From assembly GCA_043228905.1 (NCBI GenBank), contig JBHGNT010000009.1, positions 4,526,001 to 4,590,000 of the forward strand: DNA of 64,000 nt, in the 5' to 3' direction. The translations under genes and the position numbers were made by a program. Below are positions 11,804 through 24,300 of this stretch, piece after piece (within the stretch, counting starts at the first letter, position 1; each line of letters begins with the position of its first letter). The notes under the pieces are model-generated. The model worked only from the letters and a program-made list of their open reading frames with translations. It did not search any database and was not told the DNA's origin. Source of the DNA: Azolla caroliniana (lineage: Eukaryota > Plantae > Polypodiophyta).

Positions 11804-14800
11804 TTATGCCCTTCGAACTTTAACTTTGAGGAAAATCTTTGCTTTCCCACCAGGGATTTGTACAGTTTTTGGCAATCGGATTGGGATCTCATATTCCCCC
11901 AAGGCCGTAATATAAGAAGACATCTCTAGGTTAATTTCTTGAAGCTGTATTTTCTGTTGCCGTTTTATCTGCCAAGTATAAAAACCAAAATAGAATATAT
12001 TAGATCCATTAGACATGGCCTCTTGGAAAAGATGAACCAACAATATTCACTATTGTAACTAAAACATTTGTTTTTCACCAATGGCACCTTACTTTCGATT
12101 ATCTCTGAAGCAATGCAATGCTCTCTCTCTCTCTCTTCTAAACTGAAGGTATGGAGAAACTTAGCAAATCCAGATCAGCATATAGTTATGCCTAAAAGAG
12201 TGCTTCCAGAAGGAAGAATTGATACAATATAGCAGAAATCCAGGGGCTTTCCCCAAACCCGAAGAGAGCCTTCCAGGTTTATAATCCTAGGAAAGCAATG
12301 TATTGGTACATAATACTCGGGTTATTCCTTTCAAATCAAAGGATAATTACCTTCACTATAATCTTATGATTAAGTGAAAACATTGCGAAAATGTTCCTAA
12401 AACTGTATTTTCTCAAATATTGTCAATCATATACCAAATAGGAATGAGAATATCACCTCAGCAACCAAATCCTCTGGTGTAACTTGCTTGTGAAGAGAGG
12501 TACTTTGCCTAGGAGTATGTCTTCTGATGACCTGATATGAAGTTACTCCCAATAAGTTTAAGAACACCTTCAAGCTAAATGCTAAGAGTTTGAGTGTGTG
12601 TTCGTTACCACTCGTTGGGTGTCCAGGCGGTTTAGCAGTAAATGGAGTTCCTTCAATTGTTGTTCTTCAGTTTTTGATTCTTGAACCTCTTCAACAGTTT
12701 CTTCTTCTGGATGATCAATTTTCACAGCCTGTCAACCAGTTCATATATCAATCTAGTCACTTGCAAGTTTTCAATGTAAATTAAAATTACAATCTCTCTC
12801 TTTGTTATTTTTTCAAGTAAACACTGAAGAATGTGCTATTCTCAAAAGTAATACATAGCATTTATTGGTTACAGAATGTGTGAGAGACTATGATGTATGG
12901 TTGATTAATCGATAGAATGCTACAAAAACACCCAAGTGGGCTAATAACTAGTATGTATAAGGTGCCATCTTGGTGGTGATGAGTACAAGTAGGTAGACAT
13001 CAAGTGCAAATCATTCTTTCAAAAAAATGGAAACTTCACTAGTAATCCATCTCAAAAACTACTAATGCAATTTATTTCGATTAGGGAAACATACACATAC
13101 TCTTTGGACACTGTTTAGTAATTGGGCCCTTAATACTTCACTCTAGTCCCAGTACTCTGAGGCCCATTGCTACAGACTAAAATATGCACAGAATCTTTCT
13201 ATGATAATGCATATTTAGTCTCTAGCAAGGGGCTCACAATATGTCACAAAATTCTGTTAGTGCATGTTGAATTTCACGTATCCAATTGGAATGAAAACAC
13301 AATTTAAAACATGCCCTCAAAAAAGAACGAGAAATTGAGAAACGTGTTATATCATATTATATATATGGCTACCCAGCATATTGCTGCCCAAGAACCCAGT
13401 TGTCATGCATAATTGACCTAAACATCAAATGCAGGTAGCTTGTCAAACCAAGCACGTGCCAATGCAAACAATTGTTGATGATCATCCTCAAGTTACATTG
13501 GCCACAACCCCAGAGCTTAGCATGTGCCATGAACACATGACATACAGAATCCTCTGGGAGAAAGTCATATAACAAGGGACATGATTACCACTTATTTGAA
13601 GAAAAGACTAGCATGACATCCACCACCTAGGCAGGCACTGTCAGGGTCTGATATTAGGATCATACATAAATTATCTACTGGATATATACCTCTTCAGATT
13701 GTGTATAGGGACGAACCTTTATTTAGGGCAACATGATGTTCCCTTCTTTAAATTTGATTGAAGATAATGAATATTTTCCATTCATTCTATGAGACCAGGA
13801 AGCATGAGATTGACACAATGAGGGGACATGCATTAGGAAATCAAGGATACAAGAGAATATGCTAATAAAGAGTTATATAGTTTGCATTTTGATAGGCTTG
13901 TCATTTAAGAAGTATCATAATAAGAACACACCTTTACGATTAATATGCAAAATTGCAAATAGTTGAAGATTATGAACTGATTGCTTTGAAAGGTTTGCCC
14001 TGGCATGTTTGATGTTTGAGTCTATCGTACAAGGTTTGTCAACATGCATAAAATTAGTCACTTATCTTTTCTTCAAAGACATTGGCTTCAATGGGGAGAT
14101 CTAATCTTCCAAATCTCATTACGTTTTATTCATATAGGACATAAATCAAGCATAGTATGATTCATGAATATTAATCATGATCTTTCACAATAGTATATTT
14201 TTCCATGTCTTATGCTCTACATTTTTACCATTTCCCCAATTCTGATATCGTGCTCTACATTATGTATGTCACAATAGTAGCTCAGCAATGCTCAAGAGTA
14301 AGCGATGGTTCATACTTTAGCATTATAACATACCGATGAACCTTCAACGACCACATTTAGTTTCTATAACTCCTCTCATAGTAATTGAAAATATAATAAG
14401 AGGAATGGCTTTCAAAACTGCATTTACAGTACATATAATAATATACATAATGATATGCAAAGCTGAACTAATCAACGAATTCATAATTTGAAGTTCCCTA
14501 AACTCTATCAGAACTTTGAGAGGCAAGAAAGCAACATTGTTAAGAGTTACCTCAAGTTGTCTTTGGACAAGATCAACATACTTGCCAAGCTTTGGCAGAG
14601 CAAGAAGCTGCGGAATTAACAAATTCCGTGCATAACCCTTTGCAACTTTCACAATGTCTCCTGCCTTTCCAACCTTATTTAGATCCTGAAGATGTGAGAT
14701 TTGGTAAGTATATAAAAATCATAGTTGAGCTGTGATGAAATCTTCACGTATTACTAAAAAACAAATCCTAAAAAACAATTCTCACCGCTGTAAGAATGAC

Positions 14801-17800
14801 TTCCATCAGTTTTGGTGCAGCCTTTAGTCCTCGACATTGCAGTGTAAAGAAATCTGGTTGCCTCAGGTGTAGTCCGGACTCCTGCTTTTAGAACACACCA
14901 AACATTTTAGAACCTCAGGTATAGCCAAACAAAAGTATTTCATGTATATGTATCATGCAAAAAATGCAGCGGGTTGTTTTCTAACTCGCATTTAAGAGAA
15001 TTGAATAGATATATTTGATTGTGGATGGGTGATGACTAACTGACAGTAAGAACTTTAGAAAATCAACGGCTTAACAAAAAATTTACCTATCAAAAAGATA
15101 ATTCAATGAGAGTAAGTTATCAATCTTTGGGTGAGACTCTGCACAAAATCAAGTTCTTGGTGGTTTGAGGGGCAGAACGTGCACCCATGGTAATGTTGCC
15201 AGAAGATGGTGGACATGCATTACATGCAGCTGAAGGCCATGAGCAGCCAATGAATAATGCTGAAAATAGGGTCGTAAATGATGGACAGTGGCCTAATGTT
15301 GAAGAATATTTGGTCACTACTGATGTGGATCCCACGCCTGATAAAGTAGATCATTGGGTAAGAAGGCCTACTGGATTAAGGAGGCCTTTACAGAGATATA
15401 ATTCGTCCTTGCAGTATATTATGTTGGCTAATGGGGTTGAAGCTCTTATATTAAAAGAGGCTAGATCCTATGAGCTGAAAGATTGCAAAGGAAGATGAAA
15501 TGAAAGTTTTGCATGCAAATGATGCTTGAGACTTGGTTTAATTGCCAAAGGAAGAATGGCATTCCTGATAGGTGGGTGTATAAAATAAAGATTGTTGATA
15601 GAAAACCCATGTACAAAGCAAGGCTGGTTGCAAAAGTCTATGTACAACCAAAAGGGTTGGACTTTCAAGATGCATTCTCTCCTGTAGTTAAAATAATCAT
15701 CTTGCAAATTTTCTTTGCTCTCTCACAGCAGCTCTTCGGTTGGAACTTTACTAGATGGATATAAAGACTGCTTTCTTACATCGCAACATTGAAGATGAGC
15801 TATATATAAAACAACCAGATGGGCTTGCAATTCCGGGGAAGGAGCATTTAATGTGCAAACTCAGAGGAGTTTATATGGGCTGAAACAAGATTCTACATAG
15901 TGGTAAAAAAAGGTTGATGCTTTCATGTAATCATATGGGTTTAACCAGAGCCATATTGATGATTATATTAACACAAAAGAGGATGTAGATGCCCCATCAT
16001 TTTGGCGCAAAATGTAAATGATATGCTTATTAATAAAAGAAAATTATTCTTGATTCACTTAAGCACCAGTTTATATCAGCCTTTATCATGAAAGATTTAG
16101 GCCCAGTTGAACATATCTTTGGTATGAGGATAAAGATGGATACACAGCCACTGCTGCCTTATGTATCCCAAGGAAAATACATTGAAAAACTGCTTGAAAG
16201 CTTCAACATGAATGATGTTGCAAACCCGTTAAGTGTACCTTTGCAGCCATATGTCAATTTGAGCAAAAAAAGAAATCTCAAAAGAGGATGCGGCAACAAA
16301 TTCAATGAAGGTTGTACCATAAGCTTCAGTTTGTGGTTCTTTGATGTTTGGACTGGCTGCTACAAAACCAGACATTGCACATGTAGTGGGAGTTTGTTAG
16401 CAGGTTCATGGCTAATCCTGGCAAGGCACATCAGGAAGTCATCAAGACAATTATGAGACATTTGAAGGGGACAAAGAAGTAAACATCCATGATACGGAAA
16501 AGGTTATTGGAATTACATGGATTTTGTGGTTCTGATATGGCAGGTGATAAGGATACATGCAAAACCGCTAGTGAATATGTTTTTATATTTGCCAGTGTGC
16601 AATTTCACAGCATTCCAGATTGCAGAGAATCATTACATTATCTATGACTGAGGCTGAATATATTTCACCGATTGAGACTTCCAAAGAAACCATATGGCTG
16701 GCACACCTCTCCAATATGCTTGGGCTACCTGAGAGAACACCAATCCAACATTGTGATAGCCAAAGTGCCAATGGTTGGCTACAAATGCAATGTTTCATGC
16801 ACCCACTAAGCGCATTAATGTGCGGTATCATTTCTTCAGGAAGGCAATACAGGATGGACTCATCTCATTGCATAAATCAGCACTAAATAAAATCCTGCAG
16901 ATATTTTCACCAAGTGTCTCTCCAAAGCACAACATCGACCTTTTCAAATACTGGGAGTTATGTAGCTTAAAGGAGCCTCCTTGGCCATTTAAGTTGGAGG
17001 TTGTTGGGTTTTAAGGTCCAAGAACTCTCCACTTGTGCATTTATAAAGGGCGCTTGATGATATAGCTCTCTGAAGAGCTTCTAGGACCTGTTTGGGTCAC
17101 TTGGCCAATGTGAACATGCTCAAGTGCCCTAAAATTACATTCTAATATAACAATATAATTGTGCTGCTTCAAACAAATTATTATAGGGCTCCCAAAAAAC
17201 CTGTGTATCTCTCTCTTACCTTTGTATTTTCTCTACACCTCAACCAATTTTCTCTCCTGTCACTCCTCCTAGTGTACCACACAACAAGTGATACAAAAAA
17301 TGAACCTCTAGGCGTCCTCCTTTCAAATAGTCTCTCATATGGCACGAGGTAAGAGTCTATACTGCATGCCTTTCATGCATAATGTTCGGAGCTGCACTAA
17401 TTGTGGGATGACTTTTCAACCAAGGATTATGTTTTCAACATTCAAACCGTCATTTTAAGGAGGGACTAACTTTAGTTAATGAGCTTTTGGAAAACTCTCT
17501 AGGGTGGTTATAGGAAGGCATCCTCCAAATGGGTATTGTGAAGAGATATACCCATTCAGATCAAGGGTGGATGTTTCCACTCACTCAAATCTTTTATGAA
17601 AAATTAATAGTAGACTAAGCAGATGAGACAACAACATTTTTATATCCCTAACAGTATTGATCTCAATTTATCCACCAGTGTAGGACCACTTGGAATATGA
17701 TAAGATTCTTATGCCGAGGTCATTGAGAGAGTGGACCACAATGTGATCTTCAAAACTTCCCTAACTTAAATAGCTAAATTTGGACCACAACTTTAATTTC

Positions 17801-19118
17801 GTCCTGGTTCAAGATTTAGCATTAAAGTGTCGAGTGTAGGGTCTAAGGGTTTGGGGTTTAAAGCGTAATTATATGAGACATGACATATGGGTTTAGAACA
17901 TAACCAAAATGGACATAAAATTGTTTAATGGAATTCAGATTTAGAGCATAGTCACAATGATTGCGCATTCATTCTGGCCCTGGTTTAGTGTTCAGGGTTG
18001 ATGTTTAGAATATTGTATTAATTTGGCCCCAGTTTAGGAGGTAGGGTTTACCGCATAGTCACACAGGGCATGAAACATTTTAACTGAGACCCAGGTTACT
18101 GCTTAGGGCACGTTTATAGTGGAACCGACTTTATGCCTTCACTTCTGGGTTCCATTTCCTTCTGACATTCTCTGTACCCATTTTCTTGTCTGAACTCTCT
18201 CAAATAATCTGTGTTGGTACATGCTTGCTAAACATTGCAAACAACCAACGTTTGACATGAGCCATTTGAAAAATTACAGGAGTATTGAGGCCCATATTAC
18301 ATATATAACAATGTAAGATCAAGCTCTTAGGCATCAAGAATCAAGATTCCATCAAACCTAAATATCTTGTAGATTTAATCAAGTAGGATGAAACAAACAA
18401 GAGCATATATATTAGAATCATCAAAAGACAGTAAATATCAACGAGATTCAGTGAGATGGCTGGTTGAAAGAGAGAATCTGTGAGAGAGATCTGAGGGAAA
18501 TAGCACATGTGTGAGATATTGTTTTTGGGTCAGTACAAACATCTGTTTGTATCGTGTTGCAAAACAACAATGTTCATCATAACTGGGAATAATTATTAAG
18601 GTCCCATCCCTTCCCCAATAATGTGCTCCATCCCAATGTAAATTCGGGTCCTCTTTAATGATTATCGCAAAAATTTTAAAGTTTGAGTTCCTCTTTTCTA
18701 TTGTTGAGCCATAAACCCTAAATTGGAGATTTATTCTGATGATTCCTCCCCCATGGTTAGAGTAAAGTTTCCTTCCTATTTTGCTGAATCCGAAACCCAC
18801 AAGACTTAAACCTGGTTTAGGTTAGCTTTTGTGTTAGTTTTAGGGTTTACGCTTTATGCTAGGGGTTTGCTGTTGACGCTAGGCCTTATGTCCGGTTTCA
18901 AGGTTTGGGTTACGGTTTAAAATTTAGGTTAGACTTTATGTTCGTTTTCAGGGCTTTACAGCTTTGGATCGGGTGTAGATTGGGGGTGTTATGTTAGGAT
19001 ATAAGGTTTAACTTAGGGTTTAGGGTTTAGGGTTTAGGCGTACCTTGCGCGGACAGAATATGAGGCCTGCGGAAGGGAGAGACCGAATGTAGCGAGAAAT
19101 CCGAGAAGCGAGGGCCAT
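11804..19118 (-). CDS. RPL9: Organellar (probably mitochondrial) ribosomal protein L9 (bL9), 221 aa, 6 exons
   Basis: Exons (minus): 19044-19118, 14786-14881, 14551-14685, 12609-12728, 12457-12531, 11804-11968. All GT-AG, phase 0, total 666 nt. L9 N-domain '[32 protein letters not shown]', C-domain 'ITALGEYEIPIRL'. Arg/Ser-rich, acid-free N-terminus 'MALASRISRYIRSLPSAG' resembles a mitochondrial presequence. Confidence 0.9.
15120..17286 (+). mobile_element. Degenerate, 5'-truncated Ty1/copia LTR retrotransposon (RT + RNase H + probable 3' LTR) in RPL9 intron 1, antisense to host
   Basis: Broken ORFs with copia motifs: 'WVYKIK..YKARLVAK..DFQDAFSPVVK', 'MDIKTAFL', 'LYGLKQ', 'MKDLGPVEHIFGMRI', 'LSMTEAEYI', 'HCDSQSA', 'FHAPTKRINVRYHF', 'ADIF'. 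Purine-rich AAGTTGGAGG then TGTTG(17002)...CAACA(17286). The left boundary is approximate. Confidence 0.85.
19013..19037 (-). promoter_or_regulatory. Telo-box array (AAACCCTA) at the 5' end of RPL9 intron 1
   Basis: TTAGGGTTTAGGGTTTAGGGTTTAG immediately inside the first donor. Site-II-like TGGGCT motifs at 19392 and 19567 upstream of the ATG. Confidence 0.55.
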
Positions 19119-19937
19119 AGCTAGACCAGCCTGTTTGATTTGCTTCTGCTCTCGCCTTTGTGAATAATTTCCGCGTCTTCTGATTTCAAAAGCTACAAGC
19201 TTTGGCAGAGACAGACAGACAGAGACAGAGAGACAGAGAGGTGTATAGGGCAGTCTGTCAGTCCTAATAAGTCTCCGAGTTCTTCTCTTGACTTCTTGAC
19301 TTTTGACTTGACCTTGGTCCCTCTTGACCTTGACTTTCTCTTATATTTTGTTCCCCCCTACAAACTGCCCCTGATCTTGGGCTTTTGGGGTTGGGCTTGT
19401 TCAAGGTCCCAGATTTCCTCATTGGCAACGCATCGATCTTTCCGAGACTAGTGCTCGTGTGAAGCTTCATTAGTTTCTCGTCTCTTTTTCCACTTTGGTT
19501 ATCTCGTAACCGGGGGGGGGGGTGACCTGCAAGGTTTCATTGTGTAAAGACCCATTTTCTCTCCAATGGGCTCCTATCTCTTCTGACTGTCCATCAAAAC
19601 AAAGGCCGGGCATGTTTACCTGCCCTGCCTAGTTCGTTCCATTCGGCTTCATCCAACAACTTCTAATTTGTTGTGCTTTCCTTAACTCTCCATCAAACGA
19701 TGTTCGGACGTTTATTTGCCCCACGTTTCATGTCCCATCTTTACAAGGGTAAAAGCTTGATGGAAATCTATTTTAAGTCTTTTGCCTTTACCTTTTGTTT
19801 GCCTCGTGTCTAACAAGAAAAGGCTAGGGGAGCAAAAGAAAATGTTAAGTTTTTGAATTCAATCCGAGCTTGAATAAATAGATAAAAATATAAAGACCTA
19901 GGCTCTAGTCGTATACGAACCTCGGTTGTATCTGCTC

Positions 19938-20120
19938 TTCACTCATTGCTCATTTTTAACCATGGTTGATAACACATGCGTTTGACTTCTAGATCTCAAT
20001 TGTAGGCATTCTCTCACTCATTGCTCACTTTTAACCATGGTTGATAACACATGCGTTTGACTTCTAGATCTCAATTGTAGGCATCCTCACTCAATGCTCA
20101 TTTTAAACCATGGTTGATAC
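19938..20120. repeat. Tandem repeat, about 74-bp unit x 2.5
   Basis: CACTCA(T/A)TGCTCA(T/C)TTT(T/A)AACCATGGTTGATA occurs three times. Confidence 0.85.
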
Positions 20121-21312
20121 ACATACACCTATCCTCGCACAATAATAAAATGTATGCATGTACTCTACTCCATATTAGCAGCATCATCAATCATGTATTA
20201 CTAGAATGAAACCTAAAAATGAGCTTGGAACGCAGAATTGTAAAAATATATCCTAGTTAAAATAAGCACCAAGGGAAAGAATACAAATTACATTTTTAAT
20301 TTCTTCTTAGAAGCACATTAAGAACGTAAAAAGTAACATCAATGAAAACACAAAAGAAGAATGCGAAAAACAAAATGCGCCCATGTAATGAATATGCTTC
20401 ATGAGGAATCATGAAATCCTCTAAAACAGCCATCCCATAAAATTGGAAAGATACATCGAATATTAGCATAGGCTCTCACGCATGTATTGCATGTCAATAT
20501 ATGATAACACATATTTTTCACTTTAGTCATACACTATCAAAATGTTTTACTTTCAGTTTAGTCACGTAGGTCACATATGTGATTTCCAATAGATATTAAA
20601 CATTGAGCTACTTGCTTGATAGTGTGCAATTTGCATGATGAAAGATGACTACCATTATGGTAGACCAAAAGGCCTTCAAATCCATTTTGTGTCCTATTTC
20701 AGAAATAAGTTCAAAATAAATAGACGCCAATTTAACACAATAATATTTCCTTCTCCAAAACATGTAGAAAGCTCAACATGGAATGATGCTGGATATCAAA
20801 CTTGCTTTCATATTATTTCAATATAATGAAATAAAGTTAGCACCTCTACTAAAAAGCTTTTGGTTCATAAAATGTGATGAAAAGCGTGCCTTCAGTAAGT
20901 AAAAGTAATGGGTGCTCAGATAAACTGCAATCACTACCTTTCCGAGGGTTTTGACCCTTGACTTTATAAGTCAATATACGGAATCAGGTCACAATCATGT
21001 CTTTTTCAGATCCTTATTGACTTGAACAGCGTCCCAGTTAAAATGAATGGTTGCGGCTCAAAATATAAAACTCGAATTGCTTTGAAAAATCTCACACAAC
21101 AAAAAAAAGGTACCTTCCGCTAGCTTAAATTGCCTTTTTATCATTTGTTGATGTTGTCATTGATTTTGGCTTGATATTTTTCCATCTGTTACGGAAAAAT
21201 GTTTATCCCCTCTTTGTTTGAAACTTGTGATATTGTTCGAAATCTAGTTGCATTTACAACTTTTCCCAAAATTTTAGGAAAAATGTACACAATCAAAATG
21301 CTATCTGTTTAT

Positions 21313-24300
21313 TTACTCTTGCTTCGCAAGCTCTGAATTTCCGAATATGTCTGGGCATGAATCCCACTGTCTTCTGCTTCTTGCCTCCCAATACCCACCC
21401 ACATATTTATAAGTTCCTGTATCTTTATCCTTGTGAAACCACCGGGGTTTCCATCCACTTTCTTGCTGCTTTCGGGCCTGCATTGCAAACATAAGGTTTA
21501 CCATTAAGGTTGCAAATTACAAGGGGGTACCAAAACAACAAGACTTAATACACATAGGTTGCCATTAAGATGAGCTACCAAAAACAGTAATCTGTCATTT
21601 ATGTTTCTGATATGACAACCTTTATGGCAACCAAACAAGAGGGTTCTTTATGTAACACAGCAACATTTATAAATTACCAAAACACTTCAGATTTGTCATT
21701 TCAGTTGCCGATACAATGAGTTTCATAATGACAAAACAATGGGATTTGTCATATAGGTTGTGCCATTACAATGTGTACTGGATGACAACCAAAACAATAT
21801 GGTTCATTATATAGGCTATTGCTGATACGACAAACTTTATGATGACAAAACGATTTCACAGTTTGTTATATATGTTTCTGTGACAATTAGCTTTTAAGAT
21901 GATCAAAACAATATGGTTAGGCATATAGGTTTACAAACAATAAAAACAGTCAAATTTTGTCATATAGGTTGGCGAACTTCTATGACAACCAAAAGTTTGT
22001 AAGATTCTTCATATAAATTGTTAAAACAGCATAGTGTTTTTAATGCACTGCCAACCAACATCATTCTCACCATCCGTTGTTTCTCTTCTAACCGCAGTTT
22101 TTCTGCAAACGCCTTCTCATATTCACCATTTTCCAAATGCCTCTGATCAGGTCGTAGCCGTGAATCTGTCGGAGGTAATAGTTCCTAAAAAATATGATTC
22201 AATCAAATATATGTTTTTTTGTAGTCTCTCAAAAAGTGATTTAATTAAAATTGATCTCTGGTTATAAAATGCACCTTCAATCCTGGTGTAATTTCATTAA
22301 GAGTAATTGCAAACGATGTTAAATTATATTTAGTCGAAAACTTGGGTGGCTTGTTCCGTTCCCACAGCAAGACAGCTTCCGACATGGAATCATATCCTTT
22401 GGGCTTTCTTGATATATCTCCATGAATATAGTACATGGCTTCGTCCCACTTACCAAAAAGGGATGCAATTTTCTGCCCATTCTTATCGTGCACAAAACCT
22501 TGAACCTGTATGTTAAAAACATTCACATTCCCAACCATAATCCAACTCTTCATTTCGCTTAATGGGGGTAAATGGAAACCAAGGTCAGAACCTAAATCAC
22601 TAGGCCTAAGCCCAATTAGCGAATTAGTGAAATTAGTGAAGTGTTGCAGACTCAGGAATGAACCTGGTGAGGATTTCGGTCCATAATCGACTGCTCTTTG
22701 AACTTCAGTCTACAAGAAAGCTCTCTATTTCCCTGGATGCGCATCGTACCATAATGATCACAATAAACCTTACCAAGTATAAGATTATAAATAGAAGTGG
22801 TAACCTGCCAATTGAATCAGTGTTGTGGATCAGCTATTTATTAGATAATGTTGATTTCTCATAAATTGATATGCTAACAAATTTTAGGACTAGATCCACT
22901 AAAGTATCATATCAAGAAGCTTAATACATGTTTGTAATTTTAAAACTTTTAGGTCATGCACATTTCTAACAAAATATATTGACAAAATGGATTAACCTTG
23001 CTCCATTGAAAGATTTCTCCATCGTCAAATTCCAGAGTTAAGATGCCAACGGGGTCTAGTTGTATTGATTGACCCCAAAATTTGCTTTTCACAGTGCTAT
23101 CACCATAGAATTTCCAGCCTTTACCATCACAATGGCAAGCAACTATCATAGGGTGATGACTAACCTGGAAGGAACAAAAAAAAACTGTATGAATGTCTCA
23201 CTTTCTTCTTCAGATAATGTCCGCATTGGAAGTCGCCAAAAACAAGTTTGTTATCTTTAGTTTTAACAGCATCAAGTTGACCAAGTGCAACTTACAACCT
23301 ATCTACTCTTTCGTAGCCTCATTCTCATTCAAAGATATTTAATAGAATAACTGAACTACCAGTAATATTTGGTATTTTTTAATGCCCCAAGAAATTTAAC
23401 ATATTGCTTTAACGCAATTCACCATTTGCCTTTCTGAGTTCCTTAAACACTTCAGTACATATATATAGTACACATTATGGTATATCAGACTACCGAATTT
23501 ATGTGAGGGCACATTGTTGTACAATCCTTTTCCATGTGTTTTGCTTCTCTCATTGAGATGCACATATGTATATACATATACATACACATACACATATGCT
23601 ACATAAGTGTTACCTACAGGAGGGAAACAAACATCAGGTTGCTGATTTCCCTATCTGATGATTGTGAAAAAATAGCTGGACAACTTCACTGGGGCAAACC
23701 CAAAGAATGTCAAAAGCACTTTCTAAGAGGAGCAATCAAATCTCTAAGCATTAATATTGTTTCATTGTATCATGTTTTGAAAGCTTTTACATATAAGCAT
23801 TTTTCTTTTAAAAGTCTTACTAATTACATGCAAATTTATGCACAAGTTTTTGAATTAGGTGTTTAAACATTGTGGTAACAGCAACAGTTTTGAATATCAG
23901 TCAATAAATTATTTACTATCTTCCTGTTATGGATATATTGTTAATTAGAATGAAACCCAGCTTAGCAACAGCTTTGAATATCAGTCAATAAATGATATCC
24001 TCCTGCTATAGACATATAGTTGATTAGAATCAACCCCATCTCAGCAACAGCTTTGAATTTCAGACAATAAATGATTTACCGTCTTCCTGCTACAGATATA
24101 CTATTGATTATGTCACCCACACATGAAATAGTCGTTCCATAGAAAAAGAGGAGAAAGCTGCTAAAAGGGTATATAGCAAAGAAATGAAGACTGCTTCTGA
24201 TATAGTCAAACACAGTTGTAAAGGAAGAGAAAAACTGTATGCACATCATAGATACTACTATATCATCAGGTGATGATGCTGCAGAAACAATCAGCACGGT

